A stretch of 64,000 bases of DNA from Zootoca vivipara (Eukaryota), in contig NC_083283.1 of NCBI RefSeq assembly GCF_963506605.1, positions 83,514,001 through 83,578,000 on the forward strand, given 5' to 3'. A model generated the notes under the pieces. That model made no database searches, was not told the DNA's origin, and was given only the letters and a program-made list of their open reading frames with translations. The translations under genes and the position numbers were made by a program. Position 1 is the stretch's first letter. Each line of letters opens with the position of its first letter. Below are positions 1-12,498 of the stretch, one piece after another.

Positions 1-292
1 TGGAATGAGGGAGGGAAGGGGCAGAGCCGTGTGTGTGTGTTTAGAGATGTGGGCTCAGATTTTATGCTGGATAGCCTTGCCTACATCTTCACTCAGAGGT
101 AACCTGCTGGTGAATATTTAGTGTGTAGGGTGGTAGAAGACAGCAGCCAGTGAGGGAAAAGCACTCTGCACCTGCTCAGACATGCTTTTCTTTCCATATA
201 ATAGTATCAGGTCTGCTATTGAAGACAGATTCTTAGACTAAGTACTGGAGGGTTCTTACTCAAATTAAGTCAGGGAAGACAGAGGCAAGAAT

Positions 293-870
293 TTTGTTGT
301 TTAGTCGTGTCCGACTCTTCATGACCCCATGGACCTGAGCATGCCAGGCACTGCTGTCTTCCACTGCCTCCCGCAGTTTGGTCAAACTCATGTTCGTAGC
401 TTCGAGAACACTGTCCAACCATCTCATCCTCTGTCGTCCCCTTCTCCTAGTGCCCTCAATCTTTCCCAACATCAGGGTCTTTTCCAGGGAGTCTTCTCTT
501 CTCATGAGGTGGCCAAAGTATTGGAGCCTCAGCTTCAGGATCTGTCCTTCCAGTGAGCACTCAGGGCTGATCTCCTTCAGAATGGATAAGTTTGATCTTC
601 TTGAAGTCCATGGGACTCTCAAGAGTCTCCTCCAGCACCATAATTCAAAAGTATCAATCCTTTGGCGATCAGCCTTCTTTATGGTCCAGCTCTCACTTCC
701 ATACATCACTACTGGGAAAACCATAGCTTTAACTATACGGACCTTTGTTGGCAAGGTGATGTCTCTGCTTTTGAAGATGCTGTCTAGGTTTGTCATTGCT
801 TTTCCCCCAAGAAGCAGGTATCTTTTAATTTCGTGACTGCTGTCACCATCTGCAGTGATCATGGAACCCA
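293..870 (-). mobile_element. BovB/RTE LINE, 5'-truncated 3' fragment
   Basis: ORF 260..871 translates to the BovB ORF2 C-terminus (KAMVFPVVMYGSESWTIKKADRQRIDTFELWCWRRLLRVPW); CAA-type tail; flanked by a 58-bp direct repeat (235..292 / 871..928). Confidence 0.95.
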
Positions 871-1229
871 AGACTAAGTACTGGAGGGTCCTTACACAAA
901 TTAAGTCAGGGAAGACAGAGGCAAGAATAGTTTGCCTTAGAAAGAAAGAGAGGGAGTTACTGGAGGAGGGAAAATGAAGAGTGGCCGGTGAGTTATGCTG
1001 ATATTTGACTAGTCATTTATTATTATGCTTTGCTTCTCCTTCTTTGTAAAATGGGGCTCTAGCCTCTTTGACAGTCTTGTTACTGAAGGAGGGCTTATAA
1101 AATTGTCAATCAATTAAACATGCTGCATGTACTGTAGGTGTGCTATGTGTATTTGACTGTCATCGGTTATCTTATTTGGAACCACCTGCTTGCATACACT
1201 TTTAGTGTTTGTTTTGAAACACCTTTAAA

Positions 1230-1770
1230 TCTGAATTTTGTTGGGCCACCTTTGCCCTCTGGATCACTGTGCTAGACTAGCCCCACCCACTCATGCACAA
1301 CAATGCGTTGAATGCTAAATTGTCTACAACTTTGTGGGGTCAGTTTCAGCTTCTGCAGCCTGAAGACACGGGCAGGGTGCTTGCAGGGGTGCCCTCTCAA
1401 TCCCTGCCAATATTGAGCCTGGGGGTTGACTGGATGGGTCCAAGCAGCAACGGTCTTTATTTTTATTTTTGCATGAGGGAGTGGCACTTAAAGAAGTTGG
1501 TGTGGGCACTACTGAAAAAGCCAGCCCTGGACAAATTGGCTTGCAGCAACTATTACCAAGTCTCAAGTAGCTTCATTCTGGGGAAAGTGAAAGAGTTGTG
1601 GTGGAACAACTGCAGCATTCCTGGATGAGAATGATTTTCTGGATCCATTCCAGTCTGGTTGATGCCTGAGTTCAGGACTGAATAAGCCTTGGTCTCTCTG
1701 ATGGATGACAATCCTTGATTCTTTTGCTTGATATCTCAGCAGCTTTCCGTACCATTGATAAAGTGCACCA
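1230..1770 (+). mobile_element. Degraded L2/CR1-group LINE RT fragment
   Basis: Translation remnants such as LLKKPALD and FILGKV resemble the L2-type RT region; heavily decayed, boundaries approximate. Confidence 0.5.
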
Positions 1771-3255
1771 GTGAAGACATCTTGGACCCTGGCCCCTCTC
1801 TGGTGTGTGCAGCAATGTGCAAATGTGGCTTGAAATGCAGCTAGGAAAATCTACCTCGCTGTGTTTTAAGCTGCTAGCGTTTACATAGCCTTAGTGTACA
1901 CCAACAGACAAGGATGGTATAAAATCCACTAGCTCCCAGGGGATTAGCAATCTTCCCTTCCCTCCCTCAATATCCTCTCTACCCAAGCACAGGCATCTCA
2001 TCTTAAGAATCATAGTGGGAAAGAATCCATTTTTATATTGTGTTGCATTGCTGTCAAATGGCTAGTGGAGTACAAGTAGATTCAGGTTTGGTGGTCAGTC
2101 TCAGCTTCAGGTTTGGGAGGGCCCTTGGGCAGGACCTTGCTCAGTAAGCCCACCTGCTCCCCACTCCCATAATCACCAGGTGCTACTGTGTTCCCCCAAG
2201 CCGGAAAGGACAGGATAGCCTTCTGGTCATTGTGTGGTCTGACCTGACCTAAGTGTGTGGTCTGACCTGACAACCACCTACTAACTAAACCCAGTTCACT
2301 AATATATGGAGACTTTTCTTTTCAGTTCTGGTGCCTCAATTGTGGTCCAGCAGAGTTTTTGTAATGACAGTAGAAAAGAAGTGTTCCAAAAGTGCGGAAG
2401 GCAAGAAGTTAAGGAAATGCCAGCAGAGAACAGAAACCAAGGATTGATCAGTTGTAGCCAGATTTGTTGAATGTTAAGGAAAGTTACTTTGTTTGTAGCA
2501 GCAAATATTTCAGTTGCATGCTCTATTTATTTAAAACCATCTTTCACCAGAGATTTCAAGACAATTTAGAAAAATTAGAACAAGTAGAACAATAATAAAT
2601 ACACTCAGCTCTTGCCTCCTCCAGCCGTGATCAGTGACCAGAGGGAGAGGTGAGCAATGGCAGCTGCACATTTTTCTCCCTCCTATCCCTGCTCACTGAC
2701 TCAGAGACAGCATCCGAACAAGCAAGGAGAAGCACCTGGAATCGGAGACCTCAGGGATTGCTCGTGGGCCCCTTGCTGTGGCCCAATAATGCCAGTTCCC
2801 AATGCCAGCTTGACTTAGGATAGTTCAAGCAGCTACTTGCCAAGAGCAATGAACCTCTCCCTGCTGATATAGATAAATCCAACCCAGTAACGAACCCAAA
2901 TGCCATCTATTAAGGAAATACTTTAATAGGACCTCTTGTCTGCAAGTGTTTGTTCCTTTATGCCCATTTCTTTCCCATTATTTGCCACTAAAAAATTCAG
3001 CCATGGTCGCTAGACAGCAAATAAAGTGCAAATACCACTCACTTTCTGAATTTAGGGAGTGCAAATCAACTAATGTTTGGTGGCGTACTATACTGAAAAT
3101 ACATGGCTGAACCCTAGTAAATTAAATACAAATCCACTTTGCACAATTCTTAGCTCAGTGCTCAATGAGCTCTGCAGACTGTATCACATTCAACTTGTTT
3201 CTGCTTTGTACATTGTAAAATGTGAGCAATCTTAATTTTAGAAAATGAAACTCAC

Positions 3256-5769
3256 CTGCTCAGAGTTTTGTCGTACTGTATCAGTGCTTGGATCTTCCAT
3301 GGTTAATAAAGGACCTAAATTATCAGCCAGTGGATGAGATGCGAGAATATCTGTACAACTTCCAATTGGAAAAACCATTTTATTGTTTTGGGAGCAGGTA
3401 GTTAGTGAGCCATCAGGGCAGTAAGACTGAAGGAAAGCCCGGACACCATCAATGCCCACAAACTGTGAAACAGGTACTCCATTGAAATTTCCAAATCCTG
3501 AGCCACACGATTGTGAGTTTCTCCACCTATAAAGTCTAAAAGCTAGTAACAAAAGCAGAAAGGTGAAGAACAAGCAGGAGATAGCAGCTACTGCAGTCAC
3601 CAGGTACGAAGTGAGCTGACCATCAGATTGTGGGTCTTCAGATACTGAGATGCTGCTCAGGTCCGAGAGGATTGCAGGGATGGTGTCAGCCAGCACCACA
3701 GTCAGAGTGGCTGAAGCAGAGAGAGGTGGCTGCCCATTGTCCTTCACTAAAACCACCAGGCTTTGCTTGAGAGTATCTTTCTCCAGAAAGAAACGGGCTG
3801 TCCTGATCTCTCCCGTGTGGAGCCCCAGAGTGAAGAGCCCTGGCTCAGTGGCCTTGATCAGCTGGTAGGAGAGCCAGGCATTCTGGCCAGAGTCTGCATC
3901 CACGGCCACCACCTTAGTGACCAGGTAGCCTGGCTCAGAGGAGTGAGGGGCCAGCTCTATCCCCGTGGAGCCATCAGTGGGAGGGGAGGGGTACAGGATT
4001 TGGGGAGCATTGTCATTCTGGTCCAGGATGAAGAGAGTCACCGAGACGTTGGAGCTGAGTGGTGGAGAACCTCCGTCCTGGGCCATGACCAGGAAATTAA
4101 TCTCCCTGATCTCTTCATAGTCAAAGGAGTGTAGGGCATAGATTGCTCCAGTTTCAGAGTTAATTGAGAGGTAGGTAGGAAGGAAGGAATTTCTAACTAT
4201 AGTCTCATGCTCACTGATCTGAGAGTAAGTCCCATTGAGCTCATTGGAATTCACTTCCGAGTAGACTTTCTTAGTGTTGGGCTGCACAATATCTCTTTCG
4301 ATGATCGAGTAAATTATTCTGCCATTTTCCTCACAATCAGAGTCATGTGCCTTCAAAATAGTAATGAATTCACTTCTGTGGTTATTTTCCTCAAGATAAA
4401 AAGTGAATGCTATATTTTTAAAGGTGGGTGGGTTGTCATTTTCATCTAATATTTCTAGTGGGAAGTAAGCAGTTGTCGAGAGAGAAGGAGCCCCTTGGTC
4501 ACTTGCTATTATTGTGATGTTATATTCTGAGACCCTCTCCCTGTCAAGGACACTTGCAATCTCCAAGTTGTAATAATTGTCAAATGCTTTCTTCAACAGA
4601 AACGGAAGTCCTGCTGGTATAGAACATGAGACCTCTCCATTTTCCCCATCATCTCTGTCATTTATATTTATAAGACCTATTACAGTTCCTGGAGGAGAAC
4701 TTTCTGCAACCTTGCTGAAAAGTGGTGTAATTGCAATCTCTGGTGGATTGTCATTCGCATCCATGACTCTTAGGACTACTCTAGCGCGAGTAGACAAGCC
4801 AGCCCCATCTTGTGCTTGGACTTCCATTTCATGTGCTATAGATTCTTCAAAGTCAATATTCCCAATGACTGATATCTGCCCTGTTGCGGAATCCAAGTGG
4901 AATATTTTGGAAGCTTTGTCTGAAATTTTTCTGAATGAATACATTACCTTTGAGTTTATTCCCTCATCGAGGTCAGTTGCATTCAGAATTAACACGTGCG
5001 ACCCTAGAAGCATGTTTTCCATAACGTCCGCTTCATACAGAGACTTACTGAAAATGGGAGCATTGTCATTTACATCTGCAACAGCAACACGGATTTGCAC
5101 AGTCCCAGACCTGGCAGGTTCTCCTTTGTCAGCAGCAGTGAGAATTAGTTGGTGCACTTTTTGTTCTTCTCGATCTAACAGCTTTTCTAGGACTAGTTCT
5201 GCATATTTGATCCCATCAGCTCCAGCTTGTACATCCAGGGAAAAGTGTCTGTTGCTACTGAGATGGTAGCTCTGGAGAGAATTAGTCCCTAGATCTGGAT
5301 CCTGAGCCCCTGGTAAAAGAAACCTTGCCCCATGACCTGAGTTTTCAGCAATTGTTAATTCAAACTCTTCTACAGGGAAGCTGGGTGAGTTGTCATTAAT
5401 ATCAGTTATTTCAACTTTAGCCATAAAAAACTTCACTTTATCCTTCACAAGAATCTCAAAATTTAACAGACATTTTTCTACCTGGTGGCAAATCTGCTCC
5501 CTATCAATTACTTCCTTGATAAACAAATGTCCATTTCTCAAATCAAGTGAAAAATATTGCTTCATACCTCTGGAAATTATCCGGGTGTCTCCACTTGATA
5601 ACTCCTTTATGCTCAGTCCAAGATCCTTTCCAATATCTCCTACGAAAGAACCTTTCTCCATTTCCTCAGGAATCAAATAATGTATTTGCCCGGAAGCTAC
5701 CTCCCAGACCATCACCAGCACAAAGCAAAGCACACTATTCTTTTGATAGCATAGAATCCTTCCAGCCAT
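3256..5769 (-). CDS. PCDHGA: Protocadherin gamma-A-like variable exon (signal peptide, EC1-6, TM, variable cytoplasmic domain); first gamma gene after the beta array
   Basis: Six cadherin repeats (DxNDNxP, LDRE, DYE); gamma-A cytoplasmic signature [14 protein letters not shown]; ends at CAG|GTGAGT phase-0 donor (last exon base 3256); unspliced ORF stops at 3238. Gamma constant exons would lie beyond the left edge of the window. Confidence 0.93.
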
Positions 5770-5950
5770 TTCCAGGTAGACTGTTAGATTGTTGTGCCCT
5801 TATTGTTCAGTTTGGACCTTATAAAGGTTCCAAGCGCTACCTAGATATTTCCTCCTGCAAATTCAGACTTGCTGAATGTGAATGTGAGCTTTGTGTATTC
5901 TTTGCCGAATGAGAGCAGAACAGGGTTTGTAGTTCTTGGCTTATGAGCAA

Positions 5951-5970
5951 ACAGCGACACTTAGAGGTTC
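5951..5970 (-). promoter_or_regulatory. CSE / CTCF site with canonical CGCT box (gamma promoter)
   Basis: Minus strand reads GAACCTCTAAGTGTCGCTGT, ~180 bp upstream of the ATG at 5769, matching the Pcdh conserved sequence element. Confidence 0.85.
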
Positions 5971-7162
5971 AATGAATAATTACACCAGTTTTAGTCCTTC
6001 CTCAGTGGTTTTTTTTTGGGGGGGGGGGAAGACTTCAAGCAAAACCCAACTAATTTTAGATAATAGTCTATTATTCCTAAGGAACATCAAATAGCAACTA
6101 GTCCTGTGTACCAAATTGCTTTACAATTTTTAGGTCAACCTATGGAAAGGTGCTGTTATATTAATTGTTCTGATCTATCTCCCAATTTCATGCCTATGAT
6201 GTGCAAGGTAGGTATGTTTTCTTACATCTGATGAACTGGGCCACAAAACCATAATGAAGGGGCCACAAAACTGTTGTTTCTTTCTACAACAAGCTAACAA
6301 GCTAGCATGACTATCCCTCTGAATATGTTTCCCCATTGTTCCTATTTCATATCAGTAATAATAATAATAATTTTATTATTTATACCCCACTGATCTAGCT
6401 AGCTTGCCTTAGAGTATTGAAAATAAACACCGAGCATGCAATAAATCCATATATAATACTGGGAGAAAGCACGTGAGAGGGGACAGATTTTGAACTATAA
6501 TCTTTTTTAATTTTCTATTTTCATTATCAGTTGTAGAAGGGGAGTATGTTTAGTAAAACAGTGAATTTTTAAGTGTTCTACAATGCATGAATGGACTTCA
6601 TAAAGAAAGATTCTAAAGTGAGTGATTATATTGCATGATCCATGGGGATTAGTGGGGTTAGAATCCAGCACATCTCTGGCTGAGCCAAGAGGTTCTTGGT
6701 GCAACCAGGCTACCCTGGTATAACTCCCCATCCTCAGCTCAGACGAATATATGCTGGTGTATCTCCCCCTTCCAGGGCCAGCTGGGACCCAGGCAGCTGA
6801 GCCAAGCCAGACAGATCTTAAGCTGGTTTAAGTCCTGGAAAGTGGGCATGGAAAGGGCATGGTGGGGGAGGAGCTGGGGGGAGGACTTAGGCTGGATCCT
6901 AAGCTCATTGAGTAGGGTCAGATAACCCAGGTTAGCAAAGTAGGTTGGCAAGGAGGGTGATGTAACCCAAATCCATTTTCGAGGCTTGTTTTCCCTCCAC
7001 CAGGCTTAGACATGCTTCAGAATGGAGTTTGGCTCTGGCATACTTTACCCCAGCTTAACTCCACACCAGGTTTTTATGTATAGGATTGCCCTAACACTAA
7101 TCCTGCCTATGTATTACTATTTGTTCTCTGAGAGCCAGTGTGGTGTTGTGGTTAGAGTGTCA

Positions 7163-7450
7163 GCAGGGCCATCTTAAACATGCCCGGCGCCCTGGCACCG
7201 TGGTGCGACGGATCCCTCTGGCGCCTTCCCCCCGCCCCGTTTCCCAGCGCGGCACCACCCAGCCTGCCGTAGGGCCGGCCCTGGGCCAGGGGGCGCTGCC
7301 CGCCCCCTGTTGCAACGCTCCTGCGTGCGACGGAGGCGGCCCCAGGCCCACGCACCTCCGGAGAGCGGCCTGAAGCCGCTGAACAGCGGAGGCGCGCCTG
7401 GGGCAGCCTCAGCCGCGCCTCTCAGAAAGAAAATGAATTTTAGTTCCCCC
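7163..7450. mobile_element. GC-rich hAT-like non-autonomous element fragment next to a tRNA-SINE head (7130..7162)
   Basis: Begins CAGGGCCATCTTAA (hAT-type terminus); abrupt CpG-rich block in AT-rich DNA; second terminus not found. Confidence 0.45.
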
Positions 7451-7474
7451 AAAACAAGGGAAGAAGACAGGGTT

Positions 7475-7590
7475 GATATTTAACCTTCTTGGGGCACAAT
7501 TCAAATCCTGATAAAAGTCAGAAATACCCAAACATTTGCTGGCATATCTGGTATATCAGGATTTGTGTAGTGCCCCAAAAAGGTGAAATC
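7475..7590. repeat. Imperfect inverted repeat (old MITE-like)
   Basis: Arm accttcttggggcacaattcaaatcctgata pairs with tatcaggatttgtgtagtgccccaaaaaggt. Confidence 0.55.
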
Positions 7591-8817
7591 ATATTTAAAG
7601 AAGAGTAGTTAAGCCCCTTGTTGAATCAAAGGCAATAGGAGCTCAGGAATTGGACAAAATAGAATATATATTGACTTGGACACCTAGCAATTGTCAGAAT
7701 AATGTTATTGTCAAAATTCCTGTTCCTGTTCCAGAACTTGCCAACCTCAATCTCTCCCAAACAACTTAAGATCTGGACAACTATGCTCAGTAAATATATT
7801 ACATGGGGGTAAGAAGCCCAGAGTCAATAATCAGATTCTGTAGATTCCACATTTACAGCCCTTACTTGGATGCAGTTCAGATTAGACATTTATGTTCCTT
7901 AATCAATAATGAAGATGGCAAACCTTGTGTAGGCATAGAGTTACTGCACCCATCTTACAGAGCAATTCATTTCTCCCAAGAGAACGAATTTCCTTACAAT
8001 TTTCAAACCCTTCCCTGCAGGTGGCTCTCAAAATCTGGAACGTATTACAGCTAAATCCCTTTGAGAAACAGACCCCAGAAGTGCAATAAAAACTGGTTTC
8101 AGTATAATCAATTAATGCACTTCCTGTTAGATCTGGGGATAGCAGCCCAGGCAACCTGCGGTTTTGTGGGAAATACGATGTTTTTGTTGAGAACCAAGAC
8201 TATGTGAACTAGGCATTGCAGCCACAGATGATGAAATTGTGGGTGAAAGAAACTTTTTGCTTTTTGTCAGTCCATATATGAGAAATTCTTTAAAACTGAT
8301 ACCTAAATGGTGTCTTACTCCCATGAAACTTTTCAGAATAATTAACACAGCAAGCTCACATTGCTGGAGATTATCTGGCGAACTTGGGAATTACCTTCAT
8401 ATGTGATGGCAGTGCCCAATGGAACAAATCTTTTCGTCAAGTGTATTCTCGGAGATTATACTTACCACAGGTTAACACACCAGTTTTAGCTGTGTTGAAC
8501 TTTTCTGATGGTCCTAATCAAGATGTGTGGTTTAAAGATCTAATACTCCTACTAGTGGCTACATACTTGGAAGCAGAACACAAATGGTGGACTCTGGAGG
8601 GTATATTCCTAAACTCATAGGTGTGTCTGGAAAATTGCTTTAATAAAAAAAAATCACATCAAATCAGAAAATGAAATAGACTTTGCTTTCCTAGACCGAT
8701 TGCATGATCCTTACTTATATGGACTGCTGCAAATTTTATTAGTATGGGAATGTATATTTTTACCTGTCTCTTCATTGGAGGGGATTATGGAATTAACTTG
8801 GAAACCCAGCAAATATC

Positions 8818-9581
8818 CTAAGGGTTAAATGTTAAGGTAGTGAATACTTCCTTGTTTATGTAAGAATTGGCACATCTCTTAACCTGTGGTTGACAAGGGG
8901 AGTCTACATCAACAGGTGAGTTCATTTCCTTACATTGTTTCTGTAGGTACACCATAAAAGATTCCCAGTCTTTTTTCAAGTCTCTATTGTCTTTATCGTT
9001 ATTTCTTTCAGTCGGCTTCACCATTTCAGCATATTCCATCAGTTTTTCTTGCCATTGTTCTTTCTTTGGCATTTCATCGCTTTTCCACCTTTGAGCTAGT
9101 AGAGTTCTAGCCACTGTTGTAGTATACATAAATAATTTCTTCGTGTCTTTTGGCAAATCTTGACCTGAAATGCCTAATAAGAAAGCTTCTGGTCTTTTAA
9201 CAAAGGTTATCTTAAACATTCTTTCCATTTCATTATAAATCATATCCCAATAATTTTTAATTATTTTACAATTCCACCACATGTGAAAGAACGTGTCTTC
9301 CCTTTCTTTACATTTCCAACACTTATTAGAGCTTCTATACATTTTTGCCCTTTTCGCAGGTGTAATATAAATGTAAAGAATATAATAATATATAATGTTA
9401 ACTTTATTATATTAGGGAATAAGATAATAAGCAGGAGAAGTGAATGCATTATAAGCCAGAAGGGGAAGTTGGGGAAGTCACGGGGGAGGGGGTAATTGGG
9501 AATATATTTTGTGATTATTTCATCAGTGATTATGTTAAAATTTGTTGTTAAAACTAATAATAATATTTTTTTTAAAAAAAA
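8818..9581. mobile_element. L1/Tx1-like LINE 3' fragment with 5' inversion
   Basis: Minus-strand ORF 8818..9342 encodes the ORF2 CCHC end (CWKCKEREDTFFHMWWNC); 9360..9581 resembles the matching 3' UTR and A tail on the plus strand. Confidence 0.7.
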
Positions 9582-9689
9582 GGATGATAGCCGTCTTCAA
9601 ATGTTTGAAGGCTTTTCACTTCCTTCTTTTTTGTGTCTTCTCTTACTCTGTGCACTTGTAATTTTGTGCTTTTTATTATTTAATAAAGT

Positions 9690-9690
<1 letters not shown>

Positions 9691-9736
<46 letters not shown>
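9691..9736. repeat. (GT)n microsatellite
   Basis: Perfect dinucleotide run. Confidence 0.98.
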
Positions 9737-9738
<2 letters not shown>

Positions 9739-10077
9739 GCAGCAGGGTAAGTTATAAAGTGTCCCAGCAGTTACTAATACAAGTAGTTAATATAGTGAAG
9801 CTGAAATATAAAGAGGGAAATTGACAGGATGCCTTCATTCTCCAGGTATCCTCTAAACTCCTCTCCCAATGTTTCTTATAAGGAAATGTCTCCAAAGTAT
9901 TACAACCACAATAGGTTGGTAAAGCAGATCAGGAGAATTTCGTCCCTCTGGCCCATGCCAGGTCTGTAAAACAGGCTGGGGTTTGCGGCCTTGGCATCTG
10001 CCTCGCTGATGCTTGCTGCCCCACCCCAGGGATCCTGTTTGACAAAGCATTTCCATCCATAATTTTTAGAAAGTGGT

Positions 10078-10083
10078 TTTATT
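10078..10083 (-). terminator. Candidate polyadenylation signal for the putative beta constant exon
   Basis: Minus strand TTTTTGTATGTTCATACAATAATAAAACCACTTTC: AATAAA preceded by U-rich sequence and UGUA elements. Confidence 0.5.
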
Positions 10084-11284
10084 ATTGTATGAACATACAA
10101 AAATGATACTCAAATCTAGCAAACAATATGTAAAAGTACACAGCATCTTTTTTTAATCTTCTCGTAACAAAAAGATGACATTAACAGTGCATAAATAGAA
10201 ATATGTGCATTCTGTATCTTAAAACTAGCATGTTTCCCTGCTGATTCCAGTTGTATATAAATTGCACTCTTTCCTATCTAACCTCCTGTTTCACTATAAT
10301 ACTACTTGCCACTTCCTTTCATCCACAGACTTCAAAATGCTTTACTATTGTGAATTTTTGTCCTTGTAAGAATATAATACAATTCCCAAAACACAAAGGT
10401 TTACTGAAAATTCTATTCCAAACTGCACAACTACACAACCACATAACTGTGAAACCACACTGTTATAATATAGTCTATAATTCCTTTTTTAGAGTGTTTA
10501 CAGTAGCAGTTTACCATAGGCTGACATCTGGGTTTAACACTAAACTGTCCCTGTCACTGTAGAGATTGGAGATTGGAATCAATTTGGTGTTAAGTCCATC
10601 TAGTTACCACAGGAATAGTTCCAAACACCATAAATAAACCAACATTAAAGGCCAGCTTTAAAAAATGTGATTTAGCATAGGTTAAATACAGCATTTCAAA
10701 TACAGTATGCTTCATTCTTCCATTGCTTCATTCTTCCATTGCTGATTAGCTGGCAAAAAAAATTCTCAGCATCAGGTGCAGACAGTGTTCGAAACTCCCA
10801 TTGTTCTAGGCGTATTTTGCGACAGGGAATTTCATTAGCACAAGCAGTTTCTGAGCTCTGGGCGCAGTTCTGTGACTAAGATTTCAGATTAAAACTGCAG
10901 AGTGGAAGGAAAAGAGAACCCTTTTCTGCCTCCCCACTTCCAGCTACTCTCTGAAGACTGGAGAAGAGACCCTCTTAAGAATATTAGGGGGGTGGGCAGG
11001 GGAAGGACTAGACCATGTGAAAAATGAACATAATATTTCAGCTGCAGTTCATTCATTTTCAGTTTTATATTCTTCCTATAAAAAAGCATGCCTAGACATT
11101 TCATTGTTGCACCCATAACCTAGGTTTAAGGTGCCTTTTAGCTCCTAGCTTTCATATCTCAGTTTCTAACACTGGTCGCAGATTGTGGGTAAATTGTAGG
11201 AAAACAGGAATAGTTAAATTTCAGAGAAAATATTTGTGCATGTATGTGTGTGCACACATGCAGTGTGTGTATGTGGACACAACA

Positions 11285-11761
11285 GCCTGGTTTGCACAGA
11301 ACACTAGGCTATGGTTTATTAATTTATGGTTCATTAAACTGCAGCTGACTGTTATGTGTGAACCCAACTCAATAGTTTAACTATGGTTCATTAACCAAAA
11401 TTTGTAGCTGGTTTATAAATCTTAGTATTAACCACAGTGTAAGTGCTACAGGCCAGCCTGGACCTCCCCCAAAAGCTACAGAGCTGCAGGTGACGCGTGG
11501 CAAAAACTTCAAACTGTTCTCTAGGCTCGGCTGCTCTTGCTTGTGCTTTTAACTGTTCTGTGATATAATAATCATCTGACCATCTTGATTTAGTTTAGTG
11601 CAGGCTTCCTCAAACTCGGCCCTCCAGATGTTTTGAGACTACATTTCCCATCATCCCTGACCACTGGTCCTGCTAGCTAGGGGTCATGGGAATTGTAGGC
11701 CAAAAACATCTGGAGGGCCAAGTTTGAGGAATCCTGGTTTAGTGTTATGTGCAAACTAGGC
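11285..11761. mobile_element. Palindromic MITE (PIF/Harbinger-like) containing a nested hAT MITE
   Basis: Terminal inverted repeats gcctggtttgcacagaacacta / tagtgttatgtgcaaactaggc. Confidence 0.65.
11601..11736. mobile_element. hAT MITE (136 bp)
   Basis: TIRs CAGGCTTCCTCAAACT...AGTTTGAGGAATCCTG and a perfect 8-bp TSD gtttagtg (11593..11600, 11737..11744). Confidence 0.9.
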
Positions 11762-12498
11762 CAATGAAAGAGAAGTTGCTAACACAAATACAACTACAGG
11801 AAACGGTAGAATTGAGCATTTAGACAGGAAAGTGCACACACAGTGTAACTATGACTAGAAAATAAAGTGTAGATCCACTGAGAAATGGAAGTCCCATGTG
11901 CAAGCTTCACTGAAATAAATGGGAGAAATATTCTCTTACAAAGCTCCCATTCCTTTCAATGTCCCAGTGGACTATGTCCAGGCTTTTCCCCCCTTACTGA
12001 TTATACTCATTCATGTGTTTCTCTAGGTCTTCAAATGAAGCTACTGGATACTAGTAACAGCTGCATTACAACCAGCAAACAGAATTGAAAATATTTGAAG
12101 GAAAGCAGCAAAGCTAGCATAAAAATAAACTAAGGAATAATCACAACAATGAGCATGCAACAAAGTCACCTACATTTCTTTAACAAGCTAGATCAAAAGA
12201 GCAGTGGGCTATTGTAAAATCCTACAAAGCATAAATATAATTGTCTACTAGGTCAATGTATGTGGACAATCCAGCTACACATTCTCCTACATAAGCTCCA
12301 TCGAAATGAATGAGAACAGCACAAGAGCATTTCTGTTGCTTTCTATTTTGCTTGCACAAGAGTTTCCTGGTATCTTTCTCTTTTAGGCAGAGGACCCATT
12401 TTTTTTTCAGGCCAGGGGTCAAGTTTCTTCCATGAGACTTGATCATTTGGTTATTTGTCTTCAGAGAAAGAATGATGGATGGAGTTGGTCGTCCTCAT

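Noticed and set aside
7140-7452. CpG island or GC-rich ORFs as a gene promoter (also 19802..20351)
   Set aside because: The GC-rich blocks coincide with transposon termini, and the ORFs are low-complexity by-products.
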